29,544 bases of DNA from an uncultured Candidatus Saccharibacteria bacterium (GCA_964398725.1 CAYNNE010000001.1:1-29544); one strand, 5' to 3'; positions 17,153 to 24,503 are shown, counted from the first letter of the stretch. Numbers and translations are program-made. The notes: a model not told the origin generated them from the letters alone.

Positions 17153-17315
17153 CAAAATTAGAGGTACTGGATGTTAGAATGTTTTGTGAGAAGTATGAAA
17201 ATAGTTTTGTCCGATTTTGGTCCTATAAGAAAATGAGTACTTTTTATCCCCTATCAAAAGAATGGCTCAACAACAAAGAAACTCTGCAATATATTTTCCA
17301 AAAAGGAATAATCAG

Positions 17316-17324
17316 TGTGGATAA
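17316..17324 (-). promoter_or_regulatory. Perfect DnaA box (TTATCCACA)
   Basis: tgtggataa in the AT-rich gap between tRNA-Gly and yraN. Confidence 0.55.
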
Positions 17325-17421
17325 GCTTGGGGACATGTGTATTAAAGACATTGATTGTCTTATAGCTTTATGTTCTAAAAGGGCTATAACTAGCCATATC
17401 GCTAAAAGTAGATACCAACAA

Positions 17422-17437
17422 TGTTTCATGTGAAACA
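17422..17437. other. parS-like site (1 mismatch)
   Basis: TGTTTCATGTGAAACA versus consensus TGTTTCACGTGAAACA. Confidence 0.8.
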
Positions 17438-17438
17438 T

Positions 17439-17822
17439 ATGCCTACAAAGAACAAAAACATCGGTAATAATGGCGAAAACCTAGTAGAAAGGTTTCTTGT
17501 GAAACAGGGCTATACCATTATTGGAAAGAACTATCTAAAGCCATGGGGAGAAATAGATATTGTGGCTAAAAATAAGGGTATTATTCACTTTATAGAGGTA
17601 AAGGCTAAGGAAATAACCTTAAACAACCAAAAATATGGCGATAAATATAGACCAGAAGACCATATGCACTCTTGGAAAGTTAGAAGGTTTAAAAGAATCA
17701 TAGAAACTTGGCTTATGGAAAAAGACTACGACGGAGAGTGGCAAATAGATGCGGCCATAGCCTATGTTTCACCTGAAACAAGTTTGGAATCAGTAGAAAT
17801 GTTCTGGGATATAGTTCTATAA
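17439..17822 (+). CDS. yraN: YraN family PD-(D/E)xK endonuclease
   Basis: G..GE.....FL...GY.I...N.....GEIDIVA......FIEVK; start taken at ATG 17439. Confidence 0.9.
   Translation: MPTKNKNIGNNGENLVERFLVKQGYTIIGKNYLKPWGEIDIVAKNKGIIHFIEVKAKEITLNNQKYGDKYRPEDHMHSWKVRRFKRIIETWLMEKDYDGEWQIDAAIAYVSPETSLESVEMFWDIVL
17491..17506. other. parS-like site (3 mismatches)
   Basis: GGTTTCTTGTGAAACA within yraN. Confidence 0.45.
17765..17780. other. parS-like site (1 mismatch)
   Basis: TGTTTCACCTGAAACA within yraN. Confidence 0.8.
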
Positions 17823-17851
17823 AGTCAGAATGCGCTAGAATATAAAAAGAA

Positions 17852-19318
17852 ATGGCAACCTTTCCAATACCAAAACCAGTTTCACATGTAACAAAAACCC
17901 TTATTGATGGGGGTTTTCAAGCGTATTTGGTTGGTGGATGTGTGAGAGATCTCTTTTTGGGGGAGAAACCCAAAGACTGGGATGTGGCAACAAATGCTAA
18001 GCCGGAAGAGATAATTTCTTTATTTACAAAGACTTTTTATGAAAATAGCTTTGGAACCGTAAGTGTTGTTCAGGAGGATGTGGAAGATGAGAGTTTAAAG
18101 GTAATAGAAATAACGCCATATAGAAAAGAGGGTACCTACACAGACAAAAGACGCCCAGATTCTGTGTCTTTTTCTAAAAAAATAGAAGACGATCTCTCTC
18201 GCAGAGATTTTACTATTAACGCCCTTGCATATTCTGTTGAAAATGATGAGCTTTTGGACCTGTTTGATGGTAGAAAAGACCTTATTTCTGGCCACATTAG
18301 AGCTGTTGGAGACCCAAAAGAGCGTTTTAGTGAGGATGCCTTGCGAATACTTCGCGGAATCCGCCTACATTCAGAACTTGGATTTGGTGTAGATAAAGAA
18401 ACTTTGGCTGGAATGAGTGAAAAGGTTGAGCTTTTAAGTTTTATTTCAAAAGAAAGAATAAGGGATGAATTTACAAGAATAATCAACTCTCCAAACCCCT
18501 CTCTGGGGCTTATTTTGGCTGATAGGGTAGGTGCACTCGAGTATATGCTCCCAGAACTCATAGAGGCAAAAGACATAGCTCAAAACCAAGCGCATTCGTT
18601 TGACGTATGGACTCATTTATTAAAATCTTTAGACCATGCTGCACATAAGAAGTACCAGTTTCACGTGAGACTAGCAGCTCTTCTTCACGATATAGGGAAA
18701 CCAGCTTCTAGAAGGTGGTCTGACGAAAAAAAGGATTGGACCTTTTACGGACACGAGGTTATTGGTGCAAAAATGGCTAAGAATATAATGGAAAGACTAC
18801 ATTTTTCACGTGAAACGACTAAAAAAGTGGTTAGTTTAATCCGTTGGCATATGTTTTTTTCTGATACGGAACAAATAACTCTTTCAGCCGTAAGGAGGAT
18901 GGTCTCAAATGTTGGAAAGGACCTTGTCGACGACCTTATGTCTGTTCGTCTTTGCGACAGAATAGGCACGGGCAGACCAAAAGAAAGTCCTTACCGCCTT
19001 CGTAAGTATCAATCAATGATTGAGGAAGTCATGCGAGACCCTATTTCTGTAGGTATGCTTGCTATAGATGGCAATGATTTAATAAAAATTGGCGAGAAAG
19101 CTGGACCACGCCTTGGCTATATACTTCACGCGCTTTTAAATGATGTTTTAGAGGAACCCAAAGCAAATACAAAAGAAAATTTATTAGAGAAAGCTAAAAA
19201 AATGGCTTTATTAAGCGATATTGAGCTAAAAAAGCTTGGAGAAATCGGGAAAATAGCAAAAGAACAAGAAGAGGGGGAGGAATTGGGGAAAATAAGAGCT
19301 AAATATGGGGTTAAATAG
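17852..19318 (+). CDS. cca: Class II tRNA nucleotidyltransferase (CCA-adding) with HD domain
   Basis: YLVGGCVRD, DWDVAT, loop EGTYTDKRRP, EDDLSRRDFTINA, FSEDALRILR, HDIGKP. Confidence 0.92.
   Translation: MATFPIPKPVSHVTKTLIDGGFQAYLVGGCVRDLFLGEKPKDWDVATNAKPEEIISLFTKTFYENSFGTVSVVQEDVEDESLKVIEITPYRKEGTYTDKRRPDSVSFSKKIEDDLSRRDFTINALAYSVENDELLDLFDGRKDLISGHIRAVGDPKERFSEDALRILRGIRLHSELGFGVDKETLAGMSEKVELLSFISKERIRDEFTRIINSPNPSLGLILADRVGALEYMLPELIEAKDIAQNQAHSFDVWTHLLKSLDHAAHKKYQFHVRLAALLHDIGKPASRRWSDEKKDWTFYGHEVIGAKMAKNIMERLHFSRETTKKVVSLIRWHMFFSDTEQITLSAVRRMVSNVGKDLVDDLMSVRLCDRIGTGRPKESPYRLRKYQSMIEEVMRDPISVGMLAIDGNDLIKIGEKAGPRLGYILHALLNDVLEEPKANTKENLLEKAKKMALLSDIELKKLGEIGKIAKEQEEGEELGKIRAKYGVK
17878..17893. 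other. parS-like site (3 mismatches)
   Basis: AGTTTCACATGTAACA within cca. Confidence 0.4.
18657..18672. other. parS-like site (3 mismatches, still near-palindromic)
   Basis: AGTTTCACGTGAGACT within cca. Confidence 0.5.
18802..18817. other. parS-like site (2 mismatches)
   Basis: TTTTTCACGTGAAACG within cca. Confidence 0.6.
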
Positions 19319-19394
19319 TCGCTCGTGTGTTTATTTTAAAAGCGAGCGACATAAGGTCACCAATGCTTTTAAAATAAACACACTCACTTTAAAT
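19319..19394 (+). repeat. Family A palindromic element, copy 2 (after cca stop)
   Basis: Perfect 18-bp arms 19325-19342 and 19366-19383; 23-nt loop cgagcgacataaggtcaccaatg. Confidence 0.9.
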
Positions 19395-19412
19395 ATAAAA
19401 ATGGAAATAGGG

Positions 19413-19451
19413 AATAAATAAAGAACACCCCGACGTGTGTCTGGGGTGTTC
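19413..19451 (-). terminator. Minus-strand intrinsic terminator
   Basis: gaacacccc / ggggtgttc stem (19423-19451) followed on the minus strand by tttatttatt. Confidence 0.7.
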
Positions 19452-19610
19452 GAGAGCGCAAATGACTGAGGAGCTCAACGCTGCTACCTTTTTACAATTT
19501 ATATTTTGTCGTAGTGTTGGTTGGTGGTCTACCTACTGCCAGTTGCATAAACAACTATTGCCTAACGGTCCCCAAGAGGAGAAAAGGGTCTCAGTTCTTG
19601 CTAGGCATCT
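19415..19610 (-). ncRNA. Candidate structured non-coding RNA (unassigned)
   Basis: End-to-end pairing 19458-19470 with 19590-19601, internal hairpin agttg/caact (19541-19556), and a terminator at 19423-19451; no recognised family. Confidence 0.25.
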
Positions 19611-19654
19611 AAAAGACATTGTATATCTAAAAGACAATTTGTATATAGAGATTA

Positions 19655-19663
19655 TGTGGATAA
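19655..19663 (-). promoter_or_regulatory. Perfect DnaA box (TTATCCACA)
   Basis: tgtggataa in the cca-exoA gap, 10 nt after an imperfect tandem repeat (19607-19644). Confidence 0.5.
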
Positions 19664-19705
19664 CTTTGTCCTTTAAATTAAGCGCTTTTAAATGGCTCGG
19701 TTGAG

Positions 19706-20476
19706 CTATATTTTTATATCTAATTCAATTGGGCAATGGTCTGAACCATAAATATCTTTCCAGATAAAACTTTTATTCACATCTTTTATTAACTCTTTGT
19801 TTACAAAAAAATAATCAATTCTCCAGCCAGCATTTCTGTCTCTGGCAAAAGATTTTTGATCCCACCAAGTGTATGCATTTATTGTCTCTGGATTTAAATG
19901 TCTGAAGGTGTCCACATATCCCTTTTCAATAACTTTGTCCATCCATGCTCTTTCAACTGGCAAAAAGCCAACATGTTCTGAGTTTTCTTTTGGTCTTGCT
20001 ATGTCTATTTCTGTGTGTGCCACATTTACATCCCCACAAAAAATGACTTTTTTGTGCTTTTTTCTTAATTTTTCAGCAAATTTTAGAAATTCTTCATAAA
20101 AACCAAGTTTATACTCCAGTCTCTCTGGAGCACCTCCGCCGTTAGGGAAGTAGCAATTTATAAGTACAAAGTCTTTATATACGACAGCAATCAAACGGCC
20201 TTCTTGGTCGTATTTCTCCACACCCATCCCATATAAAACCTCTTCGGGCTTCTCTTTTGCATATATAGCAACACCGCTATAACCCTTTTTTTCCTTAGGC
20301 CAATCAAAAAATGAATAATAACCTTGTGGGGTTGCAATCTCTGGTGGAAGTTGGTCTATTGTCGCCTTTACTTCTTGCAAACAAATAAAATTTGGGCTTT
20401 GTGTGAAAATCCAATCTAGGTTTCCTGACTTTAGGGTGGAGCGGATACCATTTAGGTTCCAAGAAATTATGCGCAT
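19706..20476 (-). CDS. xth: Exodeoxyribonuclease III / AP endonuclease
   Basis: SWNLNGIR, CLQEVK, YSGVA, EGR, YFPNG, GDVNVAH, YTWW, GWRIDYF, SDHCP. Confidence 0.96.
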   Translation of the reverse strand: MRIISWNLNGIRSTLKSGNLDWIFTQSPNFICLQEVKATIDQLPPEIATPQGYYSFFDWPKEKKGYSGVAIYAKEKPEEVLYGMGVEKYDQEGRLIAVVYKDFVLINCYFPNGGGAPERLEYKLGFYEEFLKFAEKLRKKHKKVIFCGDVNVAHTEIDIARPKENSEHVGFLPVERAWMDKVIEKGYVDTFRHLNPETINAYTWWDQKSFARDRNAGWRIDYFFVNKELIKDVNKSFIWKDIYGSDHCPIELDIKI

Positions 20477-20492
20477 ATGGAGTAGTTTACAT

Positions 20493-20520
20493 TTGCTAGT
20501 TGCTAGTTGCTAGTTGCTTG
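20493..20520. repeat. TTGCTAG heptamer array (3 perfect copies plus 1 variant)
   Basis: ttgctag ttgctag ttgctag ttgcttg, adjacent to family A copy 3. Confidence 0.85.
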
Positions 20521-20599
20521 AACTTGGAGCAAGAGTGCTCATTTAAAAAGCATTGGTGTCCTTATGTCGCTCGCTTTTTAAATGAGCACTCTTGCGAAC
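20517..20599 (-). repeat. Family A palindromic element, copy 3 (after Xer recombinase stop)
   Basis: Perfect 22-bp arms 20529-20550 and 20574-20595; loop reads cgagcgacataaggacaccaatg on the minus strand (23 nt). Confidence 0.9.
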
Positions 20600-21517
20600 T
20601 TATTTATTGTGAAATTTTTTATGAACGTCTCGCAGTTGTTTGTCTGTAACATGGGTATAAATTTGTGTAGTTCCAATATTTGCGTGTCCAAGAAGCATTT
20701 GAACACTTCGTAAATCTGCACCATTTTGCAAAAGATCCGTTGCAAATGAGTGGCGCACCACGTGAGGAGTTACTTTTTTTGAAATACCAGCTTTGATTGC
20801 GTAGTGTTTTACTAAACGCTGAACAGAACGAGGAGAGAGGGGAGAAACATCTCCTTTTTCTTTTTTTGAAGTTTCTACAAACAACGCATCAGACATATCT
20901 TTTCTTTTACTCAAATAATTTTTTAATGCCTTGCGCGCTTCATCTGAAAGAAAAACAACGCGAACTTTTTCGCCCTTTCCTCGTACTGAAAACTCATCGG
21001 AAGATAAATCTAATTCCCTAGGCAAATTACATAATTCAGAAACACGAAGGCCTGTTGAAAATAAAAGCTCGAGCACAGCCTTATCTCTAAGGCTTTTTAT
21101 ATCGTCATCGCTTGGCGCGGATAAAAGGCGCACTAATTCAGCCTTAGAAATTAAATCTAAATGCCTTTCACCAACTTTCGCTAACTCAATTCTGTCTGGT
21201 GGCAAACTTTGTACGCCCGTTCTCATTAAATATTTTAAAAATGCGCGAAGTGCAATTAAATAATAATTTTGTGTGCGTTTTTTCAAAGTTTGAGAATGGC
21301 CATCAATTTTTTCTCCCGAAGCTTGGCGATTGAGCCACAATCTGAAGTCGCGAACATTTGTATCTGAAATATCTTCTGCTTTTTTGAGTTCGCTCCATAG
21401 GGCAAAGCGGTTTAAATAGTGAGAATAGTTTTCAACCGTTTTTAATGAACGGCCTTTTTCTATTTCTAGATATTGAAGAAATTGGTGTATTTGTTCTTGG
21501 AGTTTAGTTTTTGCCAT
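20600..21517 (-). CDS. XerC/XerD-family tyrosine recombinase
   Basis: N-terminal SAM-like domain; TGLRVSEL, RGKGEK, HVVRHSFAT, LLGH, TTQIYTHV catalytic residues. Confidence 0.95.
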   Translation of the reverse strand: MAKTKLQEQIHQFLQYLEIEKGRSLKTVENYSHYLNRFALWSELKKAEDISDTNVRDFRLWLNRQASGEKIDGHSQTLKKRTQNYYLIALRAFLKYLMRTGVQSLPPDRIELAKVGERHLDLISKAELVRLLSAPSDDDIKSLRDKAVLELLFSTGLRVSELCNLPRELDLSSDEFSVRGKGEKVRVVFLSDEARKALKNYLSKRKDMSDALFVETSKKEKGDVSPLSPRSVQRLVKHYAIKAGISKKVTPHVVRHSFATDLLQNGADLRSVQMLLGHANIGTTQIYTHVTDKQLRDVHKKFHNK

Positions 21518-21611
21518 AGCCTGCCAAATTTTGAAAAAGCATAGTGTCGTACAATATTATAGCAAATTGACCCCCCATTTTTTACCTATATATAAGGCCA
21601 TAAAAAGGCAC

Positions 21612-21640
21612 TTGCGTAAAATTAAAGGGTGTGCTATTAT
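21612..21640 (+). promoter_or_regulatory. Promoter for rpsO, probably leaderless
   Basis: TTGCGT, 17-nt spacer, TGn-TATTAT ending at 21640; GTG start at 21647. Confidence 0.65.
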
Positions 21641-21646
21641 TTAAAG

Positions 21647-21922
21647 GTGATTACAAAGACCAAAAACCACAAAATTATTTCAGCAACCCCTGCTCATGAT
21701 ACTGCCAACCGCTCTCCTGAAGTACAAATTTCCATACTGACCAAACAAATAGAGGAGCTTGCTTCACATTTAAAAAAGCATGCTAAAGACAATCACTCTC
21801 GCAGAGGTCTATTAAAAATGGTTTCAATGCGTCAAAAGCATATGAAATACTTGGAAAAGAAAAGTCCAAAAAGATTTACTGGGCTTATGAAAAAGCTCGG
21901 AATGAAAAAGAAGACTGCTTAA
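21647..21922 (+). CDS. rpsO: 30S ribosomal protein S15
   Basis: SPEVQISILT..I..L..HLKKH.KDNHSRRGLLKMV..R.K...YL; GTG start at 21647. Confidence 0.93.
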   Translation: MITKTKNHKIISATPAHDTANRSPEVQISILTKQIEELASHLKKHAKDNHSRRGLLKMVSMRQKHMKYLEKKSPKRFTGLMKKLGMKKKTA

Positions 21923-21981
21923 TTCTTATCTATTTTTGTAATCTAGTTCGATTTATTCTATTAACTATTTAAGTTATTTTT

Positions 21982-22584
21982 ATGTCAATAATTAAACATT
22001 CTGAACAGCGAGTCGCTGTTCTTATAGATACACAAAACCTTTATCACAGCGCAAAAAACCTTTATCACTCAAAAGTAAACTTCAAAAACGTTTTGGAGGA
22101 AGCGGTTGCTGGAAGGGTATTGGTGCGAGCCACTGCATATGTTATTACCACAGAGTCTGGCGACGAAAAGGCTTTTTTCGAAGCGCTTGAAAAAGCTGGT
22201 ATTGAAACAAAAACAAAAAACTTACAAATATTTTCCGGTGGTGCAAAAAAGGCAGACTGGGATGTTGGCCTCGCAATCGACGCTGTAAAAATAGCCTCAA
22301 AAATAGATGCTGTTGTTATTGTGTCTGGTGACGGAGATTTTATTCCACTCATTGAATATATGCGCTCTCATGGTGTACAGGCAGAAGCGGCAGCTTTTGG
22401 AAGATCCACATCAGCAAAACTGATTGAAGCTGTGGACGACTTTATAGACTTGGATGATAATCCAAAAAGATTCTTACTGCGCGCGCCAGTTAATCGTCAA
22501 AGAAGAAACACTGGTAAACCTACAAACGGAAACTCTCCAGAAGTAATTTCTGAAACTCCTGAAGAAACCAACATGTTAGAATAG
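21982..22584 (+). CDS. NYN-domain (LabA/DUF88, PIN-like) protein
   Basis: VLIDTQNL, KADWDVGLAID, IVSGDGDF, DDFIDL. Confidence 0.9.
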   Translation: MSIIKHSEQRVAVLIDTQNLYHSAKNLYHSKVNFKNVLEEAVAGRVLVRATAYVITTESGDEKAFFEALEKAGIETKTKNLQIFSGGAKKADWDVGLAIDAVKIASKIDAVVIVSGDGDFIPLIEYMRSHGVQAEAAAFGRSTSAKLIEAVDDFIDLDDNPKRFLLRAPVNRQRRNTGKPTNGNSPEVISETPEETNMLE

Positions 22585-22590
22585 TTTTGA

Positions 22591-22710
22591 CCCCAATAGA
22601 AACATCGGTCGTGGGTTAAAAATCTATTTCAATGAACGAAAATCAATCAAAGGATGAGAATTTAAATCCTATAAATAATTCTGGAGAACCACGACCTGTT
22701 TCTAACGGGG
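22591..22710. repeat. Family B bipartite inverted repeat, copy 1, spanning ATG 22632
   Basis: Left ccccaatagaaacatcggtcgtgggtt (22591-22617); right aaccacgacctgtttctaacgggg (22687-22710). Confidence 0.8.
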
Positions 22711-24050
22711 CAAGTGGGCCTGTAAAGGGTTTAGATTTTGAAGATGACACCGTACAAGCTCTTCTTGCAAAAGCAAGAAAGGAGTCAGAAATGCGTGTCC
22801 AAATGAACTCTATTAATAAGGGTGTTCTTACAAATGTTCCACCAGGTGTAAGGGGTGAACTTTCAAATGGAAGCGCATTTAAACAGCCCCAAAATCCTTC
22901 TACTGAAGGGATAACGCCTCCCCAAGAGACACATTTTTCTGCAACACCAATTGAAGTGCAGACCGACTCTTCACAGGAGCAACAAGCTGTTTCACAAACT
23001 CCAGAAGAAACAAAAGATAAATCTCTTTTAAAGAATCTTAGAACTTATCAGGGGGACATTGCAGAAGCGTTAAAAAATCAAAATGCTTCCAGCATAAGCA
23101 TTGCTATGGCAGAGAGGAGGAGGGCAGAAAAAAGACCAGTTGTTACACAAACGCCCGCTCAAAAACAAAAAGAAAAAAGAAATTTATGGCTAGCTTTGGG
23201 CTCAGCAACTTTTTTGGTAATTGGTTTGGCCATTCTTGGTGGCCTTTATTATGTGCACGTAGAAAACTTACCAGTACCTGTTGCTGAGGCGCCAAAAACA
23301 ATTATAAGTTTTGATAAAGAAACAGAAATTTTGTTTCAAGGACTTACCAGAGATAAGTTTATGTCGATTGTTTATGACATAAAAAACACAATTGATTTAC
23401 CTGCAAACCAAATACAATATTTGCACATTGTTAAAAGAGCAACATCAACTCTTGAAAATAAAATTACCCAAGACATAACTGCAAATGATTTCTTTTCTCT
23501 TATAAAAACAAAAGCGGGCTCATCGGTTACAAGGTCTCTAGCAAAAACTTTTATGCTCGGGATATATCAGGGCAAAAAAACTGATGTATTTATGTTGGTT
23601 GGATTAACATCTTACGAAAATGCTTTTGATGGAATATTTAGATGGGAAGATTTTATGTGGGATGACTTGGGTGCACTATTTTCTTCAATCACGCACGCAA
23701 CCCCAACTTATATGCCAATAATTAATCAGATGGGAACCACTACGGCTTCTTCTACAAATTTAATTTCATCCACTAGTCCAAAAACTGCAACCTCTACTGC
23801 AACAACAAGCGCGCCCTTGCTCGACTCAAACAAAGTGGTCACTACTCCAGTTGCAAGTGTGCTCGTACTTACTAAAGAAACTTTTATAGATAAAATAATT
23901 TCAAATAAAGATGCTCGCATTCTCCAAAGTCAGTTTGGGGAAAGTGTTTTGGTGTATGGGTTTGTAACAAAGAACCTTTTACTCATAACCTCTTCAGAAG
24001 AATCGTTTAAGGCCATTCTCGATAGAGTATTTGCTTCCCAAGCTCAATAA
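22632..24050 (+). CDS. Single-pass membrane hypothetical protein
   Basis: Low-complexity N-terminus, TM helix LWLALGSATFLVIGLAILGGLYYV, Thr/Ser-rich linker in the C-terminal part. Confidence 0.8.
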   Translation: MNENQSKDENLNPINNSGEPRPVSNGASGPVKGLDFEDDTVQALLAKARKESEMRVQMNSINKGVLTNVPPGVRGELSNGSAFKQPQNPSTEGITPPQETHFSATPIEVQTDSSQEQQAVSQTPEETKDKSLLKNLRTYQGDIAEALKNQNASSISIAMAERRRAEKRPVVTQTPAQKQKEKRNLWLALGSATFLVIGLAILGGLYYVHVENLPVPVAEAPKTIISFDKETEILFQGLTRDKFMSIVYDIKNTIDLPANQIQYLHIVKRATSTLENKITQDITANDFFSLIKTKAGSSVTRSLAKTFMLGIYQGKKTDVFMLVGLTSYENAFDGIFRWEDFMWDDLGALFSSITHATPTYMPIINQMGTTTASSTNLISSTSPKTATSTATTSAPLLDSNKVVTTPVASVLVLTKETFIDKIISNKDARILQSQFGESVLVYGFVTKNLLLITSSEESFKAILDRVFASQAQ

Positions 24051-24077
24051 ATTATATTTTTGGTATAATATGCCGAT

Positions 24078-24437
24078 ATGAATAAAAACCTTATAGAAAA
24101 ATTTGAGAAATCCCTTTTAGAAGAGAAGGCTCTTTTGGAAAAAGAGTTGTCTGAAGTCGCAAAAAGAAACCCCAGCAACCCAACAGATTGGGTTCCAACT
24201 ACTGGAGATAAAGACCAATCAATGGCAGATGAAAATGTAACGGCAGACTCTTTTGAAAATCTCGAAAATAATATGGGAGTTACAACCAATCTTGAGAATA
24301 GACTTAATGATGTAAATACTGCATTAGAAAAAATAAAAAATGGTAATTACGGAATTTGTGAAAAGGGGGAAGAGGAAATAGAGCAAGATAGACTGGAAGT
24401 GAATCCAGCAGCAAGAACTTGTAAGGCACATATGTAA
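24078..24437 (+). CDS. DksA/TraR C4-zinc-finger family protein (degenerate Zn site)
   Basis: Coiled coil then ALEKIKNGNYGICEKGEEEIEQDRLEVNPAARTCKAH. Confidence 0.85.
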   Translation: MNKNLIEKFEKSLLEEKALLEKELSEVAKRNPSNPTDWVPTTGDKDQSMADENVTADSFENLENNMGVTTNLENRLNDVNTALEKIKNGNYGICEKGEEEIEQDRLEVNPAARTCKAHM

Positions 24438-24463
24438 TTTTTTTGGATTAATCCAAAAAAATT
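24436..24463. repeat. Perfect 28-bp palindrome at the DksA-like stop codon
   Basis: aatttttttggatt|aatccaaaaaaatt. Confidence 0.8.
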
Positions 24464-24503
24464 TCTGCCACTAACAGATAAACCATGCGCTATAATTTTA
24501 TTT

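Noticed and set aside
16683-17153. ORFs 16683-16880 and 16962-17153
   Set aside because: They overlap tRNA genes and are artifacts of tRNA sequence.
17179-17433. 84-aa ORF in the tRNA-yraN gap
   Set aside because: No homology cues; the region is better explained as regulatory (DnaA box, parS). It cannot be fully excluded.
19435-19704. 89-aa ORF on + strand
   Set aside because: GTG/TTG-type start inside a terminator hairpin, no motifs or evident initiation signal.
20534-20591. GAGTGCTCA...TGAGCACTC resembling a CIRCE (HrcA) operator
   Set aside because: Arms are in the opposite order with about 40-nt spacing instead of 9; they are the stem of family A copy 3.
12656-20599. Family A repeats as a CRISPR array
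   Set aside because: Copies are kilobases apart, with no repeat-spacer periodicity and no cas genes.
20600-21517. Tyrosine recombinase as a prophage or island integrase
   Set aside because: It resembles chromosomal XerC/D, is surrounded by housekeeping genes, and no att duplication or phage genes were seen. No dif site was recognised either.
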